From Trichomonas gallinae (Eukaryota), in NCBI GenBank assembly GCA_008369845.1, contig MRSU01001054.1:1-64000 (forward strand): DNA of 64,000 nucleotides, in the 5' to 3' direction. The position numbers and the translations under genes are program-made. Position 1 is the first letter of the stretch; the number at the start of each line of letters is the position of its first letter. The notes under the pieces are model-generated. The model was not told the origin of the DNA. It saw nothing but the letters and a program-made list of their open reading frames with translations, and searched no databases. This document shows positions 24,013-35,265 of the stretch, in pieces.

Positions 24013-25833
24013 ATGAAGAAAATTGAAGTGCTGGATACATTAATTCCTTTTATCAATGCTGAAACTATTATATGGGACGTAAATGCTAACAATCTAAGCG
24101 ATTCATTTCAAAAACTAGTATTTTTAATAGAAGATTCAAATCTTCCATGTAAACATGCAATTAGAGTATTATCTTATGCAGCTATGAAACGAAAAAGATC
24201 ATTAAATGCATATTTTGATTTATTTAATATGATTATTGATAAATACAAGCCAAATTATATTGAAAAAATGCTAAATCAAGAATTCCTTGAATTATTTAAC
24301 AATTACACTGATATAAGACTGCACAAAACAGCAAATCTTGAAGACTCAAGAATAAAAAATGCAATTGTCTGGGATGAAGTTGAAAATCTTCAAGGAATTG
24401 TTGCCATGAATGGTTTCGATTGGGCTGATTACAGCATTCATCTCGATGCAGCTGCACAATGGGGTTCTCCTAATTGTTTTAGATTCCTTTTATTGAATAA
24501 GAATGAAAATGAAATAAATATAGACTATTTAAAAGCAATCGCAGGCGGCAATAAAGAAATTATTAAGTTTGTTTTCGAAAATCGACAAAAATCTAAAAAA
24601 GAGTTGAAAAATGCATATAAAGTAGCAGTAGAATATCATCATAATGATGTAGCTGATTGGCTTTTAGAGCACTATTATTCGTTAGCATTTAAGGATGTGA
24701 CGAGTTATCAATGCTTGTTTTATTTTTGCAACACGGAAGCTTCATGGTTTTTGCATCACGTAAAAAGGTTCAGCAGCAAAAGTGAAGGGATCAAAAGACT
24801 GCCAGGTGAACAATTTATTAACTATGCTGCGATGATGGATTCACTAGATTTGATGAAAGAATTCATAGAATTACTTGATCTAAAAGAATCGATTTATCAT
24901 GAAGATATTGAAGAAGAAGTCGCCAACCAAAAACATTTGACTCGATTTGGAAATTATATTGAAGAACAAATGATATCATATGTTGAAGAAAATGATGAAA
25001 ATTCAGAAATTAATGAAATGAAGCCAATATTTTTTGCACTTTATTACAAAAACCATGAGATGCTTGAATATCTTTTAAAAAAGAAATCAACTGTCAATAC
25101 AACATTTGTTTCTCCGATAGATGGATCTGTTTATTCACCTCTATCTTTTGCAATACAAAATTACCAGAATGACGATGCAAAGATTTTAATCGAAAATGGA
25201 GCAAGTTTATTTTATCGTCAGAGAATGAAAAGAAAGAACAAATCATATTACTCAGGTTGTGAAAATGATCATTTTTATGACATATTGTCGTTGGCTGCAA
25301 AAAATGGAATGAATGATATATGTATGCTCTGCATAGAGAAAAATGCTCCAATTTTCAAAAACACATCTCACTCACTGACAAGAAATGAGCCTAATAATAC
25401 TCCGACAGCATTAATGTATGCTTGCAAAACTGGTTTGTTTGATGTTGTTAAATTTTTATTTGAACGTGGAGTTGATACTAATCAACAAATTGAAAAGCAT
25501 AAAAATATTTTTGTTACAGCATTAAAATATGCATGCAAAGCAGGAAACCTTGAAATAGTGGAATTTTTGGTTGATAAAGGTGCAAATATTAATGAAACAT
25601 ATTCTAAATCGCAAAAGCTCAGCTTCTGTAGTCCTTTAAGTTTAGCTATACAAAGCCAGAATCTTTCATTAGTGAAATTTTTGTTAGAAAAGGGAGCAAA
25701 TACTAGTATCATTTTAAGGAACAAGAATTCACAGTTCAAGGATAAATTAACAATCATTGACATTGCAAGGAAAACTGAAAATCAAGAAATCATTTCATTG
25801 ATTGAATCATATAACAAAGCCAATAAGAAATGA
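24013..25833 (+). CDS. DUF3447-type ankyrin-repeat protein (606 aa)
   Basis: N-terminal AAQWGSPNCFRFLL...AVEYHHNDVADWLL module followed by ankyrin repeats (TALMYACKTGLFDVVKFLFERGVD; TALKYACKAGNLEIVEFLVDKGANIN). Confidence 0.92.
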   Translation: MKKIEVLDTLIPFINAETIIWDVNANNLSDSFQKLVFLIEDSNLPCKHAIRVLSYAAMKRKRSLNAYFDLFNMIIDKYKPNYIEKMLNQEFLELFNNYTDIRLHKTANLEDSRIKNAIVWDEVENLQGIVAMNGFDWADYSIHLDAAAQWGSPNCFRFLLLNKNENEINIDYLKAIAGGNKEIIKFVFENRQKSKKELKNAYKVAVEYHHNDVADWLLEHYYSLAFKDVTSYQCLFYFCNTEASWFLHHVKRFSSKSEGIKRLPGEQFINYAAMMDSLDLMKEFIELLDLKESIYHEDIEEEVANQKHLTRFGNYIEEQMISYVEENDENSEINEMKPIFFALYYKNHEMLEYLLKKKSTVNTTFVSPIDGSVYSPLSFAIQNYQNDDAKILIENGASLFYRQRMKRKNKSYYSGCENDHFYDILSLAAKNGMNDICMLCIEKNAPIFKNTSHSLTRNEPNNTPTALMYACKTGLFDVVKFLFERGVDTNQQIEKHKNIFVTALKYACKAGNLEIVEFLVDKGANINETYSKSQKLSFCSPLSLAIQSQNLSLVKFLLEKGANTSIILRNKNSQFKDKLTIIDIARKTENQEIISLIESYNKANKK

Positions 25834-26386
25834 ATGTAATTTTGTTTTTTATAAATTTTCCATGTATTTACTAATTTTATCTTAATATTAATCCAAATTT
25901 CTAATTTTAGTTATTTTAAATGTATACTGTCTCACATATCTCTAGAGATTTGGGTACAATTTAAATCATGGACTATACTATAGATATTGATGATTTTTAT
26001 AGAATATTAATGGAAATCATCCATGCTTTTAGAAAACGCATATTGCAGTTTTATACACAGCATATCCCAAATTTCACATTTAAATGATTCATTTACATAT
26101 TAAATAAAGAATCAATTTCTATATTTAGTTGATCATCAATTTCTCTTTGTAGAATATAACATATGGACTTAAGTTAATTTTATTATGTGGATAACAAAGC
26201 TTGACTCTCATTTTTAAAAATTTTTCAAATTTTTTTAACGTGAACTGGCTGATTTTATTGAATAAATCGACTTATTTAGTCCAAAAGAAGCCAAATATCA
26301 TTGTGAAATCTGTTGTTTTAAAACCTTTCAAATTCCCTAATTAATAAACGGCTACAATTTTTTTTTTTTACAATTTTAAAAATTTT

Positions 26387-29300
26387 ATGAATACTTTTGC
26401 GTCTGTTGTTGGTGAAACCACAGGCAACTTGATGATCCAGAATCGGGATAGCTATATGCGTATTACCGAAGAGGATTTTCAGTTCCCAGACAATACAAAA
26501 TTCGAATCATTAGGAACAACAACGCAGCAAATTCATTTTTCGGAGAATTATCCGTTTTCTTTCGAAAATCTATACCCTATGGCGCATACGCTTTTACTGA
26601 ATGAATCCGAATTTCCGTTGCCAATTGAAGATAATCAGATAGAAATGTCAATTCTCAAAACTCCTTACATACAAGGCTTACTTCCTGAAATAGAAGACAA
26701 AGAAAACTTCGAAAAGCAAAGAGATTACTTTTCCAAAAAAGGTTATATGGAAATTGCAGAATCTTTTCTAATTAACGCAGATGATTCGATTCCAGATTTT
26801 ATTGATGATGCTGAAATTATTTCACAATTCGTTGAAATCGATAGATGCAAAAATCCAGGAAAAATTATAATGTTGAATTTTGAAAATGTTAAAATCAAGC
26901 CAGTAGTACAGCCGCGCTTTTACGAACGCATTAAAAAGTTTGCGAATCTTGAAATCTTGAGTTTGATTAATACAGGAATCACTGAAATGCCTGATTGCAT
27001 TTTTCCAAAGATAAGAATTTGCTCGGTGACACATAACGCAATTGAAAATCCTGAAACATTATTAAATTTTGCGCAAAGGCATTCAACATTAGCTATTTTT
27101 GATTACAGAAGGAACCCAGTTGCATCTGATGAAAATACAAGAATAGAACTGACTGCGACATGTGTCAACCTTATGTATTTGAATGGCCACGAGATCTCTA
27201 TCAAAGATAGAGTCGTTGCTTTGGAAAGTTTTGATGTCGGTGCCAGAACTTCTCATATTGATAAACTACACTTCATTTATCTGATCAAAAACATTCCTGA
27301 GATTAATTATCTAGGCTCATGGAATCCATTAATGATTTGTCATCTCTCTTTGCCTTCTTGTGGTTTGAGATCAATTTGCTTGCATGAATTTAAAAATTTA
27401 CAGTCATTGAATCTCGCTGATAACGAAATTTCTACATTAACTGATTCTGGAATTGTCAACTGCCAGTTTTTGATAAGTGCTGATTTCTCTAAGAATAACT
27501 TTACAAAGCTTGAAAACATTGAACCAATTAAATTATGCATGAATTTACTGCATGTTTGGTTTACATTGAATCCTTTGACAGGATACAGGAGCTATTTGAT
27601 TTACAAATGCAGGAGACTTGCAGGAACAAGTGCAATGAATGGTTTAGCAACAATTGATAACATTCCTGTAACATTGAATGAATTGGTTGATTCAATGGTA
27701 AATGTTCATCCATCAAAATATCATTCACTCAAAAATGAACTGATAATGAATGGAAATATCATGCAAAGAGTTGGTAATAGATTGTTATTTGATGATCCTG
27801 ATGTTTTATCGAAATTAACATCATTCACAGCTGTTAAAAGAAACTTGGCTTATTTTGATGCAAGCAATTTTGTTAATTTAACACATTTAGTTTTGCGAGG
27901 AAATGTTTTCGAAAAAGTTATTGGACTTAATCACTGCAGAAAATTGAGACTACTTGACATGTCTCATAATCCAAACCTTAAGATTGAGTTGATGGCTGAT
28001 GATATCAAAAAATGCAAAGATCTTCAGTTCCTAATGGTCGCAGAAGACTGCTGGGATCCTCAATATGATAATGTCATCAATTTCGAAGAATTGTATATAA
28101 AGAAATCAAATAAAAAATCAATAAGAAATCCAAGATTCAGGCAACAAATCATCAACATGTTTGTCAAAGATCTTCCAAGGTTATCATCAATCGACAGAGC
28201 AAGAATAACTGTTCCAGAGAGAATGGCAGCAATTAAAGATCTAGGCATGCCAGAAGTTGCGCAAGAAGTTTATGCATGTCATGTTGCAATGCTTCAAGCA
28301 TCTAAGCCAGCAGATTGGCTCTCATTATCTGTTGCAGATGTTATTCCAGGAAATCAGTACAAACAAGAAGAAATCGTTAAACTTCACCGCTTGACAAATT
28401 GTAATTTGAAGTCAACAAATTTCTTGAATTTCTCTAATTTCACAAAACTGGTCGAAATCGATTTAAGTCACAACAAATTAACAACATTAACAACGCTTGG
28501 CTTCGAAAATCTCCAGAATTTGAAAATCATTGATGTTTCTTTTAATGAAATCAACGAAACACCAGAAGCAATTGGAATGTATATCGACAGAATTCAAAAT
28601 CTCGAAATGATATCATTAAGATCAAATCCTTGCGTGAAGACTGAATCCAAGAAGGTTAAAATGCTCAAGCAAATCAAAAGACTGACAAAAACAACTGACT
28701 CATTAAGAGTCATTGATATCGAAATTCTTCCTCCAGAAATCATCAAGCATCACAATGTAGAAAAGAAAGGACAAGATCTTGTTTATTATATGTTCGAACT
28801 CGCAATGAAAATCAGGCTTCCTTTCAATTTTCAAGCAGAAAAAATCATCGAAATTGATTTTTCAAACTGCGGATTGAAATACTGCGATATTTCAAAATTT
28901 GTTTCATTAAAACGCTTGATTCTCAAGAACAACAAATTATCTGGACATGAAAATATGATTGGATTCCAAGGTAATGAACTTCTTGAGATTTTAGATGTCA
29001 GAGACAACAGAATCGAAAACATCATCGAAGTTGTATGGATGCTGACTTTTTGTCCGAATTTAATCAACTTCGGATGCAGTGGAAATCCATGCTGTCAACG
29101 TGGATACAGACAAACAATCATTAAACACTTGCCACAATTGATTAGGCCAGACAGCAAACTGATTGCTATTGATGATATTTGTTTAAGTCCAACGGAAATC
29201 AAAGAAAGCAAATCAGAAATAACACAAATGGATTACACGCAGTTTTGCTTCGATTTGGCACTGCACAGAAACAAAACAACAGAAGAAGTCTTGGATTTGT

Positions 29301-32300
29301 CAAGTGCTCAACTTAGCGGCAAACTTGATTTCAATAATTATCCAAAACTCAAAATGCTGAATTTGCATGATAACAAACTTCAAACTTCTGATATTATTGA
29401 TTCCGGTTTAGAAGTGTGCCACGATATTGAATATCTCGATTTATCGATGAACAAAATATCAGACAACAGGATTTACAATTATATCGGAAGTTTATCTAAC
29501 TTAAAGTGCTTGAATATTGAAGATAATCCAGTTTGTCCGAAGAAAAACGACTGGAGACAATTTTTGCAAAACTATGAAAAGATTGGCGACGTTAGGAATA
29601 AATTAGCAATGATAAATGGCCACATCATCACTATCGATGACAGAGTCGAGATCATCAAAGAGCAAACAGGCAATAAAGAAATTGCTGAATCATTCAGAAC
29701 TGAATTTCTTTTGTTTTCTGCCTGCGAAGTTTGGCCAACAATGAAACAGTTTTTCATGACAAACTTGAAGATTTCAAGCATTTCTATTATTCAGTGTGCG
29801 ACACAATTAACAACACTGAATGTTGCAAATAACAGAATCAGACATTTAAAAGGCCAAGGACTCGGAAAACTCACAAACCTCAGAATATTGGATATACACG
29901 ACAACGAAATAAAAAGCATCGAAGAAATTAGAGATGAATGCTCTCTGTTGCCAAATCTTGAAAGAATGTTCATGCATTTCTCCACGAGATCTAAGACAGA
30001 AACACAAGATCCTTACTCATATGTTGATTATATGTGTGCATATCTTAGAGGCATCTCTGAAATTGACAAATTTGGAAATCCACGCCCATTGGTATCCAAA
30101 GATCTCAACGCGATCAAAGATATACAGCAGATCACTCAATGGTACAACCCTAATCACATCCATAATATTGATCTTTCGAACAAAAACATCGACTCAGAAA
30201 AATTCATACAACTTTTGCCTGCCTTGACTGTTTTGTCACCAAGACAGATAACATTTAAAGGAAATCCATGCACAGATATGGATAAATACAGATATTTGCT
30301 CATCTACAACATTCCTGATGTACAGCAAATCGATGGCAGTGCTGTGACAATCGACCAGAGAATGAATGCGGACAAAAACATCAGGCAAGCAAAAGGAACA
30401 GCAGCCATCGAAAACATAGTAATCGGCGGTGCACTTGTTGCTGCCGAATATGTAGACCAAGACTCAAGGGCGACTGTTGTGTCATCATTCAAGACTGCAA
30501 CCGAATATGCAGTTAAATACGGAACAATGATGATGAAATGGGAAATTTTCATCAGTTTCCAACAAGTTTTATCATTAATTATTTCATTGATAGGCACTAT
30601 TAACTGGCCTGCGATTTTCCAGAAACTGTGGTGGATAACATGGATATTCACCATTGACTTTCACTTCCTTTCCTATCTACTCGACATCAAATTACCAAGC
30701 TGGTACCAATATATTTCTTTCTTTTTCTATCTTTTAATTCCTGCAGTGATTTTCGCTTTGTATCATTTCCAACCTGACCGAGAATACTGGCATTCTATAT
30801 TTACGGTGGACTACTGCACGTTTAGGACGATGATGTTCTGGTTATTCATTTTGCTGGAGATTTGGAGTTTTGGAATGGCTCTGGTGATGGACTTCAACTA
30901 TACAATTGTCACGCACAAAATCAATAGCAATCAATTGGCGTGGTTCACAGTTTTCTCGGTCATATCCATTGCTATTTGTATCTTCTTGGGCTGTTTAGGA
31001 AGACACTACCACAAGAATGGAGATTCACCAATCATCTGGTTCAAAGCGATGAAATTTAAGAAGCGATTTGCACTTTTCATCTTGACGGTTCTTTACTTCC
31101 CAGTTTGCAAGAGTTTCGTCAACACTTTCACATGTGTTGAAGGACATTCAACAGCCTTCACAGACTTAGTCTGTTTTGAGAGCATCAATAATATAACAAT
31201 TGTCACAATTGCTTCTTTCATTTTCGGTTTGTTGTATTCCATCGGAATTCCAATATTCTTTGTCCAACTGATTAGGAAAGGTGTCCACGAAATAGACTTG
31301 AATTACAGAATCGATGTCAGATTAAAGCAATTGGAAGAAAAGAAGAAAGAAGTGAAGAGATTGAGAAAAGAAGGCCATGATGTTGAACTCGAAACTCTTC
31401 AGCTGAAGAAATCTGCTCTAGAAATAGATAAGTGCTATGCACAAGCTGCACTCGAATATGAGAACGCTGCTTCTTATCTATACAACGCTTACAAGAGGAA
31501 AGACAGGTTTTCAAAGGTTACAAGTATGATAGAGAAACTTGCTTATCTTTTAATTACGTCTTTTGTTCCCTCCAGTTTCATCAAAGCGATCATATCAACA
31601 GTTGTCATGGCTTTCATGGCAGGCTTGAATTTCATTTTAATGCCTTTCGTTGCTATAAGTGAAAACGTCACAGAAATATCTTCAAAGATAAGCAACTTAT
31701 TCACAATGTTAGTTGGAGATTCGATAACATTCGGTTGGCTGGACAATAAACCAGGAATCAACACTTTAGTAGGAATTCTCTTGATTATTGTTGTTTTAAT
31801 TGCAATTATCATCGCTCTTTATTATATATTCAAGAATCACTGCACATGCTGCAACTGCTGCTGTTGCAAAGAGCAGACACTCGATGACATCAATCAGTCT
31901 ATTTACGAAATAACTGGACAAGAATTCATTGAAGAAGAGGAGGAGGAAGAAGAAAGCTCAGAAGATCCAAGGAGAAGAAGACGCAGAAAAGATAAAAAGA
32001 AGAAGAGCATTATCATGGATGAAAAGCAAAAAGAAGACAGAGAGGGAGAAAGACAATGTGTCAGCATTGAATTGCCTGATGATGACAATACTATGGACAC
32101 GAGAAGCACAAAATCTGACATTTTGTCTGTTTTGAGCAATCTTAACATAGGAAAGCGCACAAGGCACCGTGGAGTAAGGATTAATGGATTGAGTTCATAT
32201 TCTGCGCTGAACTCAGAGCTTGAGTCGCATCAGCATGAAATGAGATCAAGAACAATGCGTGATTATCAATCGATTAACGAAGATTACTCTGAATTATCGT

Positions 32301-32383
32301 CTAGTTCAAGTAATTCTGCGCCAAAATCGAATCCAAGAATGAGAGCAATTAAGAAATCACGTATTTCTAATGCATTAGATTAA
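26387..32383 (+). CDS. Large LRR (SDS22/LRRcap-type) protein with C-terminal multipass membrane domain (1998 aa)
   Basis: Many LxxLxLxxNxI repeats in about 8 blocks, each ending in an NP..YR..L..ID cap; about 9-11 hydrophobic helices from about 30540-31830; Cys cluster CTCCNCCCC; charged tail. Confidence 0.9.
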   Translation: MNTFASVVGETTGNLMIQNRDSYMRITEEDFQFPDNTKFESLGTTTQQIHFSENYPFSFENLYPMAHTLLLNESEFPLPIEDNQIEMSILKTPYIQGLLPEIEDKENFEKQRDYFSKKGYMEIAESFLINADDSIPDFIDDAEIISQFVEIDRCKNPGKIIMLNFENVKIKPVVQPRFYERIKKFANLEILSLINTGITEMPDCIFPKIRICSVTHNAIENPETLLNFAQRHSTLAIFDYRRNPVASDENTRIELTATCVNLMYLNGHEISIKDRVVALESFDVGARTSHIDKLHFIYLIKNIPEINYLGSWNPLMICHLSLPSCGLRSICLHEFKNLQSLNLADNEISTLTDSGIVNCQFLISADFSKNNFTKLENIEPIKLCMNLLHVWFTLNPLTGYRSYLIYKCRRLAGTSAMNGLATIDNIPVTLNELVDSMVNVHPSKYHSLKNELIMNGNIMQRVGNRLLFDDPDVLSKLTSFTAVKRNLAYFDASNFVNLTHLVLRGNVFEKVIGLNHCRKLRLLDMSHNPNLKIELMADDIKKCKDLQFLMVAEDCWDPQYDNVINFEELYIKKSNKKSIRNPRFRQQIINMFVKDLPRLSSIDRARITVPERMAAIKDLGMPEVAQEVYACHVAMLQASKPADWLSLSVADVIPGNQYKQEEIVKLHRLTNCNLKSTNFLNFSNFTKLVEIDLSHNKLTTLTTLGFENLQNLKIIDVSFNEINETPEAIGMYIDRIQNLEMISLRSNPCVKTESKKVKMLKQIKRLTKTTDSLRVIDIEILPPEIIKHHNVEKKGQDLVYYMFELAMKIRLPFNFQAEKIIEIDFSNCGLKYCDISKFVSLKRLILKNNKLSGHENMIGFQGNELLEILDVRDNRIENIIEVVWMLTFCPNLINFGCSGNPCCQRGYRQTIIKHLPQLIRPDSKLIAIDDICLSPTEIKESKSEITQMDYTQFCFDLALHRNKTTEEVLDLSSAQLSGKLDFNNYPKLKMLNLHDNKLQTSDIIDSGLEVCHDIEYLDLSMNKISDNRIYNYIGSLSNLKCLNIEDNPVCPKKNDWRQFLQNYEKIGDVRNKLAMINGHIITIDDRVEIIKEQTGNKEIAESFRTEFLLFSACEVWPTMKQFFMTNLKISSISIIQCATQLTTLNVANNRIRHLKGQGLGKLTNLRILDIHDNEIKSIEEIRDECSLLPNLERMFMHFSTRSKTETQDPYSYVDYMCAYLRGISEIDKFGNPRPLVSKDLNAIKDIQQITQWYNPNHIHNIDLSNKNIDSEKFIQLLPALTVLSPRQITFKGNPCTDMDKYRYLLIYNIPDVQQIDGSAVTIDQRMNADKNIRQAKGTAAIENIVIGGALVAAEYVDQDSRATVVSSFKTATEYAVKYGTMMMKWEIFISFQQVLSLIISLIGTINWPAIFQKLWWITWIFTIDFHFLSYLLDIKLPSWYQYISFFFYLLIPAVIFALYHFQPDREYWHSIFTVDYCTFRTMMFWLFILLEIWSFGMALVMDFNYTIVTHKINSNQLAWFTVFSVISIAICIFLGCLGRHYHKNGDSPIIWFKAMKFKKRFALFILTVLYFPVCKSFVNTFTCVEGHSTAFTDLVCFESINNITIVTIASFIFGLLYSIGIPIFFVQLIRKGVHEIDLNYRIDVRLKQLEEKKKEVKRLRKEGHDVELETLQLKKSALEIDKCYAQAALEYENAASYLYNAYKRKDRFSKVTSMIEKLAYLLITSFVPSSFIKAIISTVVMAFMAGLNFILMPFVAISENVTEISSKISNLFTMLVGDSITFGWLDNKPGINTLVGILLIIVVLIAIIIALYYIFKNHCTCCNCCCCKEQTLDDINQSIYEITGQEFIEEEEEEEESSEDPRRRRRRKDKKKKSIIMDEKQKEDREGERQCVSIELPDDDNTMDTRSTKSDILSVLSNLNIGKRTRHRGVRINGLSSYSALNSELESHQHEMRSRTMRDYQSINEDYSELSSSSSNSAPKSNPRMRAIKKSRISNALD

Positions 32384-32852
32384 TTTTTTTTTATTTTTAT
32401 AAATTATTGTATTTCTTTTAATTTGGTTATCTATCAACCATATATAACTATTTAAAGTATTATTTTTCTCATTCAATTCAGGCGAAAATGTATATAAAAT
32501 TTCTTTATTATGTATTTTTGCATTTTGTGCTTACAGAATAATAAATTATTTCACATAGTCTATTTTCGATTCTAAATGTATGCATATTTAAATGTTAATG
32601 AGGATATGAGAAATAGCTTCTGATGGAAATGTATTCTTTTTGATGTGCTTGTGTCAAATTAATAAAAAAATCATGAAATATTAATTTAAGTAGTGAAAAG
32701 GAGAGAATTAAGTTAATTAAATTCAATGAAATATTATTGCAATTTATTATAAACAAAGTATTATTATGGCTTGTATATATACAGAAAACTTATCAAATCA
32801 TTAAATCAAAGCTGATGATTCATGAAATATTTTCAAATTATATAATTATGAA

Positions 32853-33662
32853 CTAATCTACATCTAATGGTACTAATCTTCTAACTGATAAAGCAGACGC
32901 GCTTATTCTAGATCTAACTCCTCCAATTGGCCCTGATCTATGTCTTTTACTAACTAGACCGTTGCTTTTGAGCATTTCATGAGTTTCCCGTATTTTAGTA
33001 TAGGCAATGTGTTGTCTACCCAAAACATGATCGGCCATTTTCGTATGTTCATCAGATCTTTGAATAACTGCAGTGCATATTTCGCAAATGAAAATTCTCT
33101 GCTCATTTTGAACAGAACTCTTATTTAGTTCTGTTTCGCGCTGTTTTCTTGCTTCTCTGATTAATTCAGCTTCATTCATCTCAGATAATGCACGCATAAC
33201 TTCTCCATTCAAGCCGTGCTCACGAGAAGAGCGAAGAAGAGTATCTATTTTCGAATCCATCTCGCGTAATTCTGGATACATTTGAACTTCGGCGCTTTTT
33301 GATTGCTGAAAGTTTTTACTGACTGTCACACGTTTATTTGCGTCTATTACGATGTTGTCGAGTATTTCGAAGAGTTGCTGATCATAATTTGTCGTGAATC
33401 CTTTATTTTCTGTGATATATTGTTCTCTAAGTGAACTTGGACACGGACAGACTTCATATTTACATGGTCCACGCGACAAACGTGTCTGTTCGAGAAGAGA
33501 AAAAGGGCAACAGCCAGCCAAACTGTATTTACATACACGTGGGTCCTCGTAGCTCGAAATCAGATGCGATGAGTTGTCTCCGTTTCTGTCAACGCCAAGC
33601 CACTCGTCAAGCATCTTCTCGAACATTCCATATTTAAAACTTGTATATTTTTTCACATTCAT
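32853..33662 (-). CDS. LUC7: LUC7-like U1 snRNP-associated splicing factor
   Basis: MLDEWLGVDRNG, DPRVCKYSLAGCCP...GPC (ZnF1), CEICTAV...DHVLGRQH (ZnF2), short basic tail. Confidence 0.85.
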   Translation of the reverse strand: MNVKKYTSFKYGMFEKMLDEWLGVDRNGDNSSHLISSYEDPRVCKYSLAGCCPFSLLEQTRLSRGPCKYEVCPCPSSLREQYITENKGFTTNYDQQLFEILDNIVIDANKRVTVSKNFQQSKSAEVQMYPELREMDSKIDTLLRSSREHGLNGEVMRALSEMNEAELIREARKQRETELNKSSVQNEQRIFICEICTAVIQRSDEHTKMADHVLGRQHIAYTKIRETHEMLKSNGLVSKRHRSGPIGGVRSRISASALSVRRLVPLDVD

Positions 33663-34357
33663 TCTAAAAAGTGACAGATTTTAGTAAATTAGTTTCTAAA
33701 TTTTCACGTTATTTGGAATATATTACATGTAAGCAATCAAATAAACAAGAAATCATGAGTCAAAAATGAAAAATCAAATTAAATATTCAAGATATACAGT
33801 ATTGTATTTGATATATAACAATATTTGTCATTTTAAACACCAATTCTTTCTTCCTTTTTGATAGGAAAGAAACTGAAAATCGAAAAATGAATAATCATTC
33901 ATCTGGTCATATGATATAAAATAAAATATTCATAATTCTTGATACAAATCTAATTCTATAAGTAATATGACGAATAAGTAATCAATTTAATATTGAAAAC
34001 AAATTACCAAGATTTGACTTCAAAAAACTCAAATTTTTGTGAAGCTTCAGATAGTATTTTAATATAGAATAGTTTGAATGGTTCTTGAAGCATTGAAAAA
34101 AAATATAATAATATGAAATCCATATAAGGGGATTGATAGGCTAATTCCATATTATTACATGCAACACATATCAATAATTTTATTGATTATAGCAATGAGC
34201 TGATTCAATAATCAAAATGAATTCGAATCTATTTGATTTTGTCCGAAACATGTCTCATCTCTATTCACTTTTGCCAGGTTAGTTAAAAATAATCGAATTC
34301 ATTGTGTTTTACATGGAGCATTATCAGATTTTCTAATACATCATTCCCAAATGAAAT

Positions 34358-34424
34358 TTACGTGCCAAAATATTTTTTTACATGACAAAATAAATTACAT
34401 GTCAAAAATATAATTTACATGACA
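34358..34424 (+). promoter_or_regulatory. Four TTACRTGNCA motifs upstream of Rab6
   Basis: ttacgtgcca 34358, ttacatgaca 34378, ttacatgtca 34395, ttacatgaca 34415; ATG at 34471. Confidence 0.45.
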
Positions 34425-34470
34425 GGTATATTAAAAATAAACCGACAAAATAATCGATCTGTCAGAAAAG

Positions 34471-35070
34471 ATGACTACAATTAATCACAAAATTGTTTTA
34501 GTCGGCGACTCCTCTGTCGGAAAAACATCCATCATTAACCAGTTTATATACGAATCTATCTCAGACGAGCACAATGCAACAGTAGGTATCGATTTCTTCT
34601 CTAAGACTCTCGAAGTCGACGGAAAAACAGTCAAAATGCAGATATGGGATACAGCTGGCCAGGAAAAGTTCGCTGCACTCATCCCATCTTACATCAGAGA
34701 CTCCACAGTAGCTGTGTTTGTTTATGATATCACAAATGAGGACAGTTTCGATCACTTAGAGCGCTGGACAAAACTTGTTTCGGACATTGCAGATCCAGCT
34801 TTCGTTTTCGTTGGAAATAAAACAGATTTAGCCGAAAACAGACAAATCCCAATAGAAAGACTTCAAAATTACGCTGAAGAAAAGAAGGGTAAGTTCATAG
34901 AAGCCAGTGCAAAGACTGCTGAGCACATCAACGATTTATTCAAGTTGATAGCTCAAATCCAGCCAATTGAACTTCCAGATCCAGCCAAAGAGACAACAAA
35001 CGTTAAGGCACCAGCAAGTCTCAACCTTAACGCAAATTCAAACTCAAATCAAAAATCAGGCTGCTGTTAA
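34471..35070 (+). CDS. RAB6: Rab GTPase, Rab6-like
   Basis: GDSSVGKT, ATVGIDFFSK, WDTAGQE, LIPSYIRDS (Rab6-type), GNKTDL, SAK, C-terminal GCC prenylation site. Confidence 0.88.
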   Translation: MTTINHKIVLVGDSSVGKTSIINQFIYESISDEHNATVGIDFFSKTLEVDGKTVKMQIWDTAGQEKFAALIPSYIRDSTVAVFVYDITNEDSFDHLERWTKLVSDIADPAFVFVGNKTDLAENRQIPIERLQNYAEEKKGKFIEASAKTAEHINDLFKLIAQIQPIELPDPAKETTNVKAPASLNLNANSNSNQKSGCC

Positions 35071-35265
35071 AAATTATTTCTTTTTTCTTACATGATATGC
35101 ATCATTGAGCTCTGTTTTGAATTGAATTATTCTAAAAATCATTTTAAAAATATATTTTATAAATTTAAATTTGATTTATAATGGTTATAAATGATAAAGT
35201 TAAGCTTGGATTAAACAGTTATGGTTATTTTGATTGATGATTTTGTCATTTTCCGATCTCTTCAA

